This document shows positions 8,388 to 18,409 of a stretch of DNA of 64,000 bases, piece by piece. The notes under the pieces were generated by a model. The model had not been told where the DNA came from. It was given only the letters and a program-made list of their open reading frames with translations, and made no database searches. Both the position numbers and the translations under genes were made by a program. Origin of the DNA: Nautiliales bacterium (lineage in GTDB: Bacteria > Campylobacterota > Campylobacteria > Campylobacterales > JAADDX01); contig JAUUDM010000029.1 of assembly GCA_030826765.1 (NCBI GenBank), positions 42,181-106,180 of the forward strand, written 5' to 3'. Each line of letters begins with the position of its first letter. Within the stretch, counting starts at the first letter, position 1.

Positions 8388-10846
8388 TCAAATTCTCCTA
8401 AAATTGTATTGATTTTTTCACAAAATCTTGATGTTTTATTAATAATAAAAATATCTCTTACAATGTTTTTTTGTATAGAAATTTTGACATCTTCTACATC
8501 TATTTTGTATTTATCTAAAATTTTCATTATAAATGCTATTATACCATTTTTATTTTTAGTTTTTAGTTTTAAAGCTATATAATTTTTAGAATGATTACAA
8601 TCTGTAATAAATTCCTCTTTTTTTAGCATAGGTTTACTAAATTTTATATCTTTATCTATTTTGAAACTATCTTCAATAATTTCATAAATTAAAAATTTGT
8701 CATCTTCATCTATATTTTCTTCATACTCTATTTTAAAATATTTTACATTATCAATTTTATAAATAGCAATGTGTCCTAATGATAAATGTGAAAGCTTTGC
8801 AAGTAAATAACCTAAATTAAGATTAATATCCTTTTTTATTATTTCTATACTTAAATGCTCTTTTGTATAAATTGAATAATTATATTTTTCACACTCTAAC
8901 ATTCTTTTAGCAATCTTTACTATTTCTTGTACACTATTTCTTAAAAACATTTGAATTGAAGGTGAATTTAATACTTTTTTTTGCCATAATTTTGGTAATA
9001 TTAAAAACTCATCATTTTTTAAAAGTTGCTTTTCTTTTCGTTGTCTCTTATTTGAAGCTAAAATAAGTTCTCTATTTTCTAATACTTCAAGAGTATTATT
9101 ATAAAAAGTTTTTAAAAGATTAGCTTTAAAATCATTAAAAATATTACCTACTGCATCCATATCTGCATAAGTTAAAATATAGAGCATTTTCAAAAACTCT
9201 TTTGTTTGAACTATATTTGCAAAATTTAATAAAACCCTATCATTATCAATATCCTCTCTTTGAGAAATATTTGACATAGTTGTATGATATTTTATAAGTT
9301 TTTTTGCTATTTCTATCTCTTCATTTTTGAATTTTAAATTTTGCATAAATTCTGCTACTAATTTTGCTCCAACTAAATGATGGTCTTCTTTTCTTCCTTT
9401 TCCTAAATCGTGAAAAAGTGCTACAATTTTTAAAACTTGTCTATTTTTTTCATTTAAACTATCAAACAACTCTTTTATATTCTCATATTTAATATTTTCT
9501 AAATTATATAAAGTTTTAATAGAATGAATATCTACAGGATATTGATGATATCCATCAAATTGAGCTAAATTTTCTACTTGTTTAAAGGCAGGAATTATGC
9601 TTGAAAGTTTATCTGCTTTATAAAGCGCTTTAATAACTGGATAAAGATTTTCTTTTTTAAATAGTTTTTTTAATTGTTTATTTGTAATATTTACTTTTTG
9701 ATGATAAAAAAGATTTACCAAACTTACATCATAAGTTTTAAAATCATTTTCCAAAAACACTTTAAAACTTTCTCTCATAGAATCACTATTATGCCAATTT
9801 ATATAAATTTTATCATCACAAATATAATACCATTTAGCAATTCTATTTATTTTACTAATGGTTTTACAATCAAATAAAAATGGTTTTAATATTTTCTTTA
9901 TATTTATCGAAGTAAATCTATTTATTGTCCATAATGATTTTAATAAATCTCTTACAAAAATCCTTTCTGCCTTTAATCTTATAGAATCTTTATATCCAAG
10001 TTTTAAAGCTATATCTCTTTGATAATCAAGTAAAACTACATCTTTATGAGATTTTGTGATAATGTGTAAATGTGTTCGAACTCTAAAAATAAACTCTAAA
10101 GCATTTCTATACTCTTTATACTCTTCTTCTGAAGATAGAATCCCTACTAATTCGGAGTTGTTTTTTACTCCATAAATAACATTCGCTATCCAATAAAGAG
10201 TATTTGCATCTCTCATTCCACCAAAACCATGTTTAATATCTGGCTCCATTGAAAGAGGATATTTTTTATGATATTCTTGTATTTTTTTATATCTTGCAAT
10301 TACAAATTCTTTTTGATTATCAAATCTGATTTTTTTCAGCTCATTTTCTACCTCAACCCACAAATAACGACTTCCAAAAATATATCTACTTTCTAAAATA
10401 GCAGTTTTTATCATTATATCTGTTTTACTAACTTCTAAAAGTTCATCTATTTTATGAACCCTATGTCCTATTTCCAATCCCAAATCCCAAAGCATTGTTA
10501 CAAAAGTTTCAATAATCGGAGTTAAATTATAACCCTTTATCTCTTTATAAACTATCATAATATCAATATCAGAATATAAAGACAACTGCTCTCGCCCAAA
10601 ACTTCCAAGGGCTGTCAAAACTATTGGCAAAGAGTTTATATTTGGTCTATAAAATCCAAATTTTTTTTGTAATACAAATTTAAAAACAATAGTTATAAAT
10701 TCATCCATCTTTTTTGTATATTTTATAAAAAACTGTTTACCACTAGCTTCTAAATCAATATTGTCTCTATATTTTTTAATTTCATTTCTTAACTCTTTTA
10801 TAATTTCAAATTCATTTTTATTTGAATATATAATTTCTTCTAACAT
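8384..10846 (-). CDS. glnD: [Protein-PII] uridylyltransferase/uridylyl-removing enzyme GlnD
   Basis: 820 aa. It has a nucleotidyltransferase motif (GSFGREQLSLYSDIDI), an HD domain (ALFHDLGKG ... HHLVGA) and C-terminal ACT-like repeats. Confidence 0.85.
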   Translation of the reverse strand: MLEEIIYSNKNEFEIIKELRNEIKKYRDNIDLEASGKQFFIKYTKKMDEFITIVFKFVLQKKFGFYRPNINSLPIVLTALGSFGREQLSLYSDIDIMIVYKEIKGYNLTPIIETFVTMLWDLGLEIGHRVHKIDELLEVSKTDIMIKTAILESRYIFGSRYLWVEVENELKKIRFDNQKEFVIARYKKIQEYHKKYPLSMEPDIKHGFGGMRDANTLYWIANVIYGVKNNSELVGILSSEEEYKEYRNALEFIFRVRTHLHIITKSHKDVVLLDYQRDIALKLGYKDSIRLKAERIFVRDLLKSLWTINRFTSINIKKILKPFLFDCKTISKINRIAKWYYICDDKIYINWHNSDSMRESFKVFLENDFKTYDVSLVNLFYHQKVNITNKQLKKLFKKENLYPVIKALYKADKLSSIIPAFKQVENLAQFDGYHQYPVDIHSIKTLYNLENIKYENIKELFDSLNEKNRQVLKIVALFHDLGKGRKEDHHLVGAKLVAEFMQNLKFKNEEIEIAKKLIKYHTTMSNISQREDIDNDRVLLNFANIVQTKEFLKMLYILTYADMDAVGNIFNDFKANLLKTFYNNTLEVLENRELILASNKRQRKEKQLLKNDEFLILPKLWQKKVLNSPSIQMFLRNSVQEIVKIAKRMLECEKYNYSIYTKEHLSIEIIKKDINLNLGYLLAKLSHLSLGHIAIYKIDNVKYFKIEYEENIDEDDKFLIYEIIEDSFKIDKDIKFSKPMLKKEEFITDCNHSKNYIALKLKTKNKNGIIAFIMKILDKYKIDVEDVKISIQKNIVRDIFIINKTSRFCEKINTILGEFE

Positions 10847-10859
10847 TTTTGCCCTTTTT

Positions 10860-10868
10860 TGCTATAAT
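10860..10868 (+). promoter_or_regulatory. Extended -10 element TGcTATAAT upstream of the radical-SAM menaquinone gene
   Basis: Exact TGnTATAAT, followed by an AAAAGGA RBS and a TTG start at 10891. Confidence 0.45.
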
Positions 10869-10890
10869 CCATTAAAAAAAAGGATTATAT

Positions 10891-11955
10891 TTGCAAACTA
10901 TTATATCAAAAATAGAAAATAAAGATAGAATTAATTTTGATGAAGCTTTAAAATTATATGATTTAGATTTAGCAACACTTGGAGAATTAGCAAACAATAT
11001 TCGTGAAGATAAATTTGGTAAAAAAACTTATTTTAATATAAATAGACATATAAATCCTACAAATATTTGTAAAGATGTTTGTAAATTTTGTGCCTTTAGT
11101 GCAAATAGAAAAAATCCAAATCCTTACACAATGAATATCGATGAAATTGTAGATACTGCTATAAAAGCCCACGAAAAAGGTGCAAAAGAGATTCATATAG
11201 TTTCAGCTCACAATCCAGACGCAGGACTTGAATGGTATCTTGGAATGTTTAAAGAGATTAGAAAAGCCCTTCCAGATATTCACATAAAAGCCTTAACAGC
11301 TGCTGAGATTAATTTTTTAAGTGAAACTTATAATCTAAGCTATGAAGAAGTAATCGATAAAATGATAGAAAACGGAGTTGATTCTATGCCTGGTGGTGGT
11401 GCTGAAATCTTTGATGAAAAAATAAGAGATATTATTTGTAAAGGAAAAGTAAGTAGTGAAAATTGGCTAAAAATTCACGAAATTTGGCACAAAAGAGATA
11501 AAAAAAGTAATGCAACTATGCTTTTTGGTCATATTGAAAGCAGAAAAGATAGAATTGACCATATGATGAGGCTTAGAAATCTTCAAGATAAAACAGGTGG
11601 ATTTAATACTTTTATTCCTTTAGTTTATCAAAGAGAAAATAACTATTTAAAAGTTGAAAATTTTCCAACTGGAAATGAAATTTTAAAAACTTATGCAATA
11701 GCAAGAATTGTTTTAGATAACATTCTTCATCTAAAAGCATATTGGGTAACTTCTACTATAAATCTAGCTTTAATAGCTCAAGAATATGGGGCTGATGATT
11801 TAGATGGAACTATTCAAAAAGAATCAATCAACTCAGCCGCCGGAGCAAAAAGTGCAAATGGAATGAAATTAGATGAATTTATTCACCTTATAAAAGATAG
11901 TGGATTTATCCCTGTTGAGAGAGATTCACTTTATAATGAATTGAAAGTTTGGTGA
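10891..11955 (+). CDS. Radical-SAM enzyme of the futalosine menaquinone pathway (MqnE/MqnC family)
   Basis: Contains the Cx3Cx2C motif CKDVCKFC. Size (354 aa) and overall layout fit the MqnC/MqnE/CofH family. I cannot tell MqnC from MqnE without an alignment. The start is TTG. Confidence 0.65.
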   Translation: MQTIISKIENKDRINFDEALKLYDLDLATLGELANNIREDKFGKKTYFNINRHINPTNICKDVCKFCAFSANRKNPNPYTMNIDEIVDTAIKAHEKGAKEIHIVSAHNPDAGLEWYLGMFKEIRKALPDIHIKALTAAEINFLSETYNLSYEEVIDKMIENGVDSMPGGGAEIFDEKIRDIICKGKVSSENWLKIHEIWHKRDKKSNATMLFGHIESRKDRIDHMMRLRNLQDKTGGFNTFIPLVYQRENNYLKVENFPTGNEILKTYAIARIVLDNILHLKAYWVTSTINLALIAQEYGADDLDGTIQKESINSAAGAKSANGMKLDEFIHLIKDSGFIPVERDSLYNELKVW

Positions 11956-12806
11956 GAATAAATATCATAAATTCTATTATTATAACTAAAATTAATTCTA
12001 TGAGCATGAAGCATCAAACGGCTTGCTCCAGTGAATTTAATTCTTTCTTCTGGATTTAATTCCCCTTTTAGATATTTGTCCGCTATTTCACTTTCTACTC
12101 CATAAAGGGGGTCTCCAACAATTCTATGACCAATCGAATAAAGATGAACTCTTATTTGATGTTGTCTTCCTGTAAGAGGTTTTGCTACAACAAGTGTATT
12201 ATCTCCTATAGTTTTAATTGGAGTGATTATAGTCTTTGAATTTTTACCTTCTTTATCAATTAAAACTTTCATCTTAATATCTAAATTTTTATTAGCAATA
12301 ATTGGTTTATTGATTGTAAGTTGATGAGTAATTTTACCTTCTACTAACGCTAAATAATATTTTTGAATCTCTTTATCTTCAAACATTTTTTTGATAATCT
12401 TTTCACTCCACTTATTTTTAGAAGCAATCACTAATCCACTTGTTTCTTTATCCAATCTATGAGCTAAATTTGCATCTTTTCCATACAAAAATCTAACATC
12501 ATCAAGCAAAGTTTGAGAATGAGTAAATCCTTTAGGATGAATAGCAACTCCACTTGGTTTATCAAAAATAGCAAACTGTTCTATTTCAAAAATTGGCTTA
12601 ATTCCAAGTGGTTCAGGTTTAAAATAGATAATATCCAAAACTCCACTATAATTTTGATTATAATATTTAAGTCTTTCACCATTAAGCCCTACCCGACCTC
12701 TATTCACCATTTTTTTGGCTTCTCTTTCATTTAAATCAAAAGTTTTAGTTAAAAAATTAAGCAGTTTTTCATTTTCTATTTTAAATTTCTCTTTTACAAA
12801 ACCCAC
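11931..12806 (-). CDS. RluA-family pseudouridine synthase
   Basis: Catalytic motif HRLDKETSGL, an S4-like N-terminus, and a C-terminal RQHQIRVHL motif. Confidence 0.85.
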   Translation of the reverse strand: MGFVKEKFKIENEKLLNFLTKTFDLNEREAKKMVNRGRVGLNGERLKYYNQNYSGVLDIIYFKPEPLGIKPIFEIEQFAIFDKPSGVAIHPKGFTHSQTLLDDVRFLYGKDANLAHRLDKETSGLVIASKNKWSEKIIKKMFEDKEIQKYYLALVEGKITHQLTINKPIIANKNLDIKMKVLIDKEGKNSKTIITPIKTIGDNTLVVAKPLTGRQHQIRVHLYSIGHRIVGDPLYGVESEIADKYLKGELNPEERIKFTGASRLMLHAHRINFSYNNRIYDIYSHQTFNSL

Positions 12807-13330
12807 TATAAATACTCCCTAAAATTTGGCATTATATTTTCTATAAAATTATAAAACTCTTTTGAATGATTTGGATGAATAAGATGCGTTAATTCGTGTA
12901 ATACTACATATTCTATGAATTTTATATCTTTTTTCATAAGTTCTATATTTAAATTAATATACCCCTTTTTATAGTTACAACTTCCCCATCTTGTTTTCAT
13001 TTTTTTTATTCTAATTTTTGTAACAGGTTTATTTATATAAACTATATATTTATCAATTAATTCTCTAAACAAAATTTCAGCTTTTTTATAATAAAACTGA
13101 TATAAATCTTCTTTTAATTCATTTTTATTATAAAGTTTACCTAAATATAAAAACTTATTTTCTGGCACTTTTTTACATTTAGATAACCTTTTATCTATCC
13201 ACTTTTGCTGTTTTTTTACAAACTCTAAAATAAAATCATCTTTCATTTTAAATGGTACAGTAACTACAACTTCACACTCAGAAGTTATTCTAAGTGTGAG
13301 ATTTTTGACATTCTTACGAATTATTTGCAC
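12806..13330 (-). CDS. YgjP/DUF45-type zinc metallopeptidase-like protein
   Basis: The HExxH-containing motif VVLHELTHLIHPNHSKEFY is typical of the DUF45/SprT-like family. Confidence 0.7.
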   Translation of the reverse strand: MQIIRKNVKNLTLRITSECEVVVTVPFKMKDDFILEFVKKQQKWIDKRLSKCKKVPENKFLYLGKLYNKNELKEDLYQFYYKKAEILFRELIDKYIVYINKPVTKIRIKKMKTRWGSCNYKKGYINLNIELMKKDIKFIEYVVLHELTHLIHPNHSKEFYNFIENIMPNFREYL

Positions 13331-13781
13331 TTTGTAGTTCTTTTAACTTCTCTTTTACTTTTTCTACATGCCCTTTTACTCTTACATTTCTCCACTCATG
13401 TGCTATTTCACCTTCTGGATTAATTATAAAAGTACTTCTAATTACACCTTCATATTCTCTTCCATAATTTTTTTTCAGTCCCCAAGCTCCATATGCTTTT
13501 AAAACACTTTTATCTTCATCACTTAAAAGAGTAATTTTTAAATCTTTTTTTTCAATGAAATTTCTATGTTTTTTAGGACTATCAGGACTAACTCCCAAAA
13601 TCACTGCATCAAGTTCTTCAAACTCTTCAAGCTCATTTGTAAAATCACACGCTTCAGTCGTACATCCTGGTGTATTATCTTTTGGATAAAAATATAATAC
13701 TACCCATTTTCCACTTAAATCTCTAAGACAAATCTCTGTTTCATCCTGATTTGGCAGGCAAAATTTTGGTGCTTTCATCAT
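13314..13781 (-). CDS. bcp: Thiol peroxidase Bcp (peroxiredoxin)
   Basis: Peroxidatic-Cys motif FYPKDNTPGCTTEAC. Length is 155 aa. Confidence 0.85.
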   Translation of the reverse strand: MMKAPKFCLPNQDETEICLRDLSGKWVVLYFYPKDNTPGCTTEACDFTNELEEFEELDAVILGVSPDSPKKHRNFIEKKDLKITLLSDEDKSVLKAYGAWGLKKNYGREYEGVIRSTFIINPEGEIAHEWRNVRVKGHVEKVKEKLKELQSANNS

Positions 13782-14140
13782 AAGTCCCCTTTTAGATATA
13801 AATTCACAACTTCATCAGCTTTATCTCCGTGTTTTTTTCTAATTTTCACTATTTCAATATTAGCTTCTTTTAATGCTTCTTGCATATTAGGTCCAACTCT
13901 TCTAACTAAAACTTTATCAACATCAGGAATTGCTTTTTCTACTTGATGTTTATGCTCATTTGTGTGTTCTACGGTTGAATGATTATGATGCTCGTCGTGT
14001 TCATCGTGAGAATGTGAATGTTTTGGATTTTCTCTTAATTCTAAAAACTTATCATCTTCAAATATAGTAAAAAACGGAGCTTGTCCTGTTCTTTCAAAAA
14101 TTTCTAATCCTTCATCAAATACTGGTACTGCTAGCTTCAT
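13778..14140 (-). CDS. NifB/NifX-like (dinitrogenase FeMo-cofactor-binding fold) small protein with a His-rich insert
   Basis: MKLAVPV...GQAPFFTIFE at the N-terminus and an IEIVK...G ending match the layout of the NifX/NifB C-terminal family. The insert HSHSHDEHDEHHNHSTVEHTNEHKH has 11 His in 25 residues. Confidence 0.55.
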   Translation of the reverse strand: MKLAVPVFDEGLEIFERTGQAPFFTIFEDDKFLELRENPKHSHSHDEHDEHHNHSTVEHTNEHKHQVEKAIPDVDKVLVRRVGPNMQEALKEANIEIVKIRKKHGDKADEVVNLYLKGDL

Positions 14141-14173
14141 TTTAATCCTTTTTTATTTTATTATAGCAAAATA

Positions 14174-14182
14174 TGTTATAAT
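14174..14182 (+). promoter_or_regulatory. Extended -10 element TGtTATAAT upstream of thrC
   Basis: Exact TGnTATAAT lies 34 nt before the ATG at 14216. Confidence 0.45.
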
Positions 14183-14215
14183 TTTAACAAAAATCAACCC
14201 TTTAAAAGGATAATA

Positions 14216-15661
14216 ATGAAATTTATAGGAACAAGAGGAACTGAAGAAAAAAAGAGTTTTAGCCAAGCGATTTTAAACCCGGCAGCACCAAAAGGTGGAT
14301 TATATTCGCCTGAGAGCTTACCTTCAATTGATGAAGAATTTATTACAAAATATACAGATTATAAAAGTTTAGCTAAAGCTGTACTTAAAAAATTTGAAAT
14401 TGATATAAGTGATGAAAGTTTAGATAAAGCACTTAAATTATATGATAAATTTGATACCAAAGATGTAGTGCCAGTAGAAAAAATAGAAGATGACCTTTTT
14501 ATAGCTGAACTTTGGCACGGACCAACAAGAGCTTTTAAAGATATGGCTCTTCAACCATTTGGTTCAGTTTTAAGTGATTTAGCAAAAGAAAAGAATGAAA
14601 ATTACCTTATTTTAGCAGCTACAAGTGGAGATACAGGTCCAGCTACACTTGAAACATTTAGAGATAAAGAAAATATAAAAGTTGCTTGTATGTATCCAGA
14701 AAACGGAACAAGTGATGTTCAAAGACTTCAAATGGTAACAATTGATGCAAAAAATGAAAAAGTTATCGGCGTTAAAGGAAATTTTGATGATACTCAAAAT
14801 ACTTTAAAAAAACTTTTAAATAGTGAGACTTTTAAAAACACTCTTAAAGAAAAAGATATCAAACTTTCAGCAGCAAATTCAGTAAATTTTGGGAGAATTA
14901 TTTTCCAAACAATCTATCACATTTGGGGATATGCAAAATTATTGCAAAACAATGAAATAAAATTTGGAGAAAAAATTGATATTATTGTGCCAAGTGGAAA
15001 TTTTGGAAATGCTCTTGGTGGATATTATGCTAAAAAAATGGGGCTTCCAATCGATAAAATAGTAATTGCTTCAAATATAAATAATGTTTTAACTGAATGG
15101 GTAAACAGTGGAGTTTATGATTTAACTACAAAACATCTAATAAAAACTGCTTCACCTGCAATGGATATTTTAAAATCTTCAAATGTTGAAAGAGTTTTAT
15201 TTGATAAATTTGGAGCAGTTAGAACTGCGGAACTTATGGAAAGTTTAGAAAAAAATGGAAAATATTCTTTAACTGATGATGAAGTAGCAAAAATAAAAGA
15301 AGACTTTATCGCTACAAGTTGTTCAGACGAAGAAGGATTTGAATATATCAAAGAGTATGCTAAAAAAGGGTATATTATGGATACTCACACAGCAACTGCC
15401 ATCAAAGCATACAAAACTCTAAATTCACAAAATAAACAAGTTGCTTATTCAACTGCAGAATGGACTAAATTTGCTCCAAGTTTATACAGAGCGTTAATCG
15501 AAGATAAACAAGTTCACGATAAAGAAGCACTTGAAGTAATTTCACAAAAATATAATGTTTCTATTCCAAATATGGTAAAAGAATTATTTGAAAAAGAGAT
15601 AACTCAAAAAACAGTTGTTTCAAAAGAAGAAATCGAAAAAGAAATTATCAACTTTTTATGA
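14216..15661 (+). CDS. thrC: Threonine synthase (long form)
   Basis: PLP-lysine motif TRAFKDMALQ and ATSGDTG. Length is 481 aa. Confidence 0.85.
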   Translation: MKFIGTRGTEEKKSFSQAILNPAAPKGGLYSPESLPSIDEEFITKYTDYKSLAKAVLKKFEIDISDESLDKALKLYDKFDTKDVVPVEKIEDDLFIAELWHGPTRAFKDMALQPFGSVLSDLAKEKNENYLILAATSGDTGPATLETFRDKENIKVACMYPENGTSDVQRLQMVTIDAKNEKVIGVKGNFDDTQNTLKKLLNSETFKNTLKEKDIKLSAANSVNFGRIIFQTIYHIWGYAKLLQNNEIKFGEKIDIIVPSGNFGNALGGYYAKKMGLPIDKIVIASNINNVLTEWVNSGVYDLTTKHLIKTASPAMDILKSSNVERVLFDKFGAVRTAELMESLEKNGKYSLTDDEVAKIKEDFIATSCSDEEGFEYIKEYAKKGYIMDTHTATAIKAYKTLNSQNKQVAYSTAEWTKFAPSLYRALIEDKQVHDKEALEVISQKYNVSIPNMVKELFEKEITQKTVVSKEEIEKEIINFL

Positions 15662-16533
15662 TAACTGTTATTGGAATTTACCTGTTCATCGTAATAGGTT
15701 TTATAGCAAAAAAGAAATTCCCTGAGATTCACGAAAAAAGTTTTGTGATAATGTCTGTATATTTTTTACAGCCATTTTTAACCCTCTGGGGACTTATGCT
15801 AAAACCAATTAATTTATCTACTGCAAATGCCCCCCTTAGTTATTTAGCCGTTATTTTTATTTCATTTATTTTTACATTTACTTTAGCTAAACTCTTTTTT
15901 AAAGGTAAAAATCAAAACATAGTAACAATTACTTCACTTGTAGGAAATACTGGAAATTTAGGGATACCTTTAAGTCTTGCTCTTTGGGGCAGTGAAGGAG
16001 CTTTTTGGGCAACAATTATAAATATAAGTAATGTTCTTTTTATATATTCATTTGCTATATTTTTCTATGCAGGAAAATTTAATATTGAAAATGCAAAAAA
16101 AATCTTTAAAATCCCAATTATTTGGGTAGGAATTATTGCAGTTATTTTAAATACAAATCATATTATGTTTAATACTGATATTATGAAAATATTGCAAATG
16201 GGTGCTTTTAGCTCAATGGTAATTCAACTTATAATTTTTGGAATCTACACTGCAAACATTAAAATTCATAAAATTGATAAAAAATTATCGCTTGCTATAG
16301 TTTTTGAAAAATTTATTATTTTACCAGTAATTGGATATCTGTTTTTACAACTTTTAGGATTAAATTCTCTTTTAATCAAAGTTATTTTATTAGAAGTTAT
16401 GGTTCCAATTGCAGTTAGTAATGTAAATTTAGCAGCTCTTTTTGATACTGAGCCTGAAGAAGTAGCTTGGCTTGTAATTCTTACAAGTATTCTATTTATT
16501 CCCTATTTTTTAATAGTAGCAAAATTTATATAA
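15658..16533 (+). CDS. AEC-family (auxin efflux carrier-like) membrane transporter
   Basis: 291 aa polytopic membrane protein with an AEC-like layout. It overlaps the thrC stop by 4 nt. Confidence 0.6.
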   Translation: MITVIGIYLFIVIGFIAKKKFPEIHEKSFVIMSVYFLQPFLTLWGLMLKPINLSTANAPLSYLAVIFISFIFTFTLAKLFFKGKNQNIVTITSLVGNTGNLGIPLSLALWGSEGAFWATIINISNVLFIYSFAIFFYAGKFNIENAKKIFKIPIIWVGIIAVILNTNHIMFNTDIMKILQMGAFSSMVIQLIIFGIYTANIKIHKIDKKLSLAIVFEKFIILPVIGYLFLQLLGLNSLLIKVILLEVMVPIAVSNVNLAALFDTEPEEVAWLVILTSILFIPYFLIVAKFI

Positions 16534-16551
16534 AAAAAGAAAAAAGAAAAA

Positions 16552-18354
16552 TTATTTTTTAGATTTTCTTTTTCTCTCAGTAGGATTAAGAATTTTCTTT
16601 CTAATTCTAATATTTAACGGAGTAATTTCAAGTAATTCATCATCTTCAATCCATTCAAGTGCTTTTTCAAGATTCATATCAACCGGTGGTACAAGTTTGA
16701 TAGCTTCATCAGCACCACTACTTCTAACATTTGATTGAGCTTTTCCTTTGATTGGATTTACATCTAAATCATTTGGTCTTGCGTGTTCTCCAATAATCAT
16801 ACCAACATAAACTTTATCTTGTGGTTTAATAAACATTCTTCCTCTATCTTGAAGGTTGAAAATTGCATATCCAGCTGCAACTCCATCTTCCATAGAGATT
16901 AAAGCACCTTGAACTCTTGTATGATGAGTTCCATTAAATGGTCTATATTCTAAGAAAGATGAGTTAATAATTCCTTCACCTTTTGTATCAGTTAAAAATT
17001 CACCTCTATATCCAATAAGTCCTCTTGCTGGGATTTCAAATTCAATTCTTGTATATCCATCAGCCATAGGAGACATTGATTTCATTTCAGCTTTTCTTTT
17101 ACCAAGTTTTTCAATAACAGCACCACTATATTCATCTGGAACATCAACTACAACATATTCAAATGGTTCTAAATGAACTCCATTTTCTTCTTTTACAATA
17201 ACTTCCGGTCTTGAAAGACTAAATTCAAATCCTTCTCTTCTCATATTTTCAGCCAAGATTGTAATTTGAAGTTCCCCTCTTCCTGAAACTCTAAATTTAC
17301 CTTCACCAGCATCTTCTACTTTCATAGCAATATTAGTTTCAACTTCTTTAAGAAGTCTTTCTCTAATTTTATTACCAGTTACGTGTTTACCTTCAGTCCC
17401 AGCAAGTGGTGAATCATTTACACTCATCATAACACTTAAAGTAGGTTCTTCAATATGAAGTGGATCAAGTGCTTCGATGTGATTTGGATCACATAGAGTA
17501 TCTCCAATATCAATTGTTGCAAATCCTGCAACCGCTACGATATCTCCAGCTTCAGCTTCGTCAATTTCGATTCTATCTAAACCTTTAAAACCGATAAGTT
17601 TTGTAACTCTTCCGTTTGTTATTTCTCCATCAGCTTTTACAAGTGCTAAATTATCACCTCTTTTAATTTTTCCATTAAATACTCTTGAAATACCAATTTT
17701 TCCAATGAATGGATCAGAATCAAGTGTAAATACTTGAAGTTGTGCTGGATTATCAGCACTTCCTTTTGGAGCTGGTACTTCGTTAATAATAGTTTCAAAA
17801 AGTGGAGTTAAATCTTTGTTTTCATCTTCAAGATTAAGTTTTGCATAACCATCTCTTGCAGCAGCATAAACTACAGGAAATTCAAGTTGTTCATCATTTG
17901 CATCCATTGCAGCAAAAAGGTCAAATACCTCATCAACAACTCTATCTGGTTCAGCTCCAGGTTTATCAATTTTATTTACAACTACGATTGGTCTATGTCC
18001 AAGTTCTAAGGCTTTTTTCACAACGAATTTAGTTTGTGGCATTACACCTTCTTGAGCATCTACAAGTAATAAAACAGAATCAACCATTTTAAGAACCCTC
18101 TCAACTTCTCCACCAAAATCGGCATGCCCTGGTGTATCAATAATGTTAATTTTGTAATCTCCATAGTTAATAGCTGTATTTTTTGAAAGAATAGTAATTC
18201 CTCTTTCTTTTTCAATATCATTATTATCCATAGCTCTTTCATCAACTTGTTGATTTTCTCTAAATGTTCCTGATTGTTGTAATAGACCATCAACTAATGT
18301 AGTTTTACCGTGGTCAACGTGAGCGATAACTGCAATATTTTTAATTTTTTGCAT
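16552..18354 (-). CDS. typA: Translational GTPase TypA/BipA
   Basis: G motifs [18 protein letters not shown] and NKIDK. Length is 600 aa with an EF-G-like domain order. Confidence 0.92.
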   Translation of the reverse strand: MQKIKNIAVIAHVDHGKTTLVDGLLQQSGTFRENQQVDERAMDNNDIEKERGITILSKNTAINYGDYKINIIDTPGHADFGGEVERVLKMVDSVLLLVDAQEGVMPQTKFVVKKALELGHRPIVVVNKIDKPGAEPDRVVDEVFDLFAAMDANDEQLEFPVVYAAARDGYAKLNLEDENKDLTPLFETIINEVPAPKGSADNPAQLQVFTLDSDPFIGKIGISRVFNGKIKRGDNLALVKADGEITNGRVTKLIGFKGLDRIEIDEAEAGDIVAVAGFATIDIGDTLCDPNHIEALDPLHIEEPTLSVMMSVNDSPLAGTEGKHVTGNKIRERLLKEVETNIAMKVEDAGEGKFRVSGRGELQITILAENMRREGFEFSLSRPEVIVKEENGVHLEPFEYVVVDVPDEYSGAVIEKLGKRKAEMKSMSPMADGYTRIEFEIPARGLIGYRGEFLTDTKGEGIINSSFLEYRPFNGTHHTRVQGALISMEDGVAAGYAIFNLQDRGRMFIKPQDKVYVGMIIGEHARPNDLDVNPIKGKAQSNVRSSGADEAIKLVPPVDMNLEKALEWIEDDELLEITPLNIRIRKKILNPTERKRKSKK

Positions 18355-18409
18355 TAAATTCCTTTAGTAATATTTTTCTGCAATTATACCACAATAAAAT
18401 GATATAATT

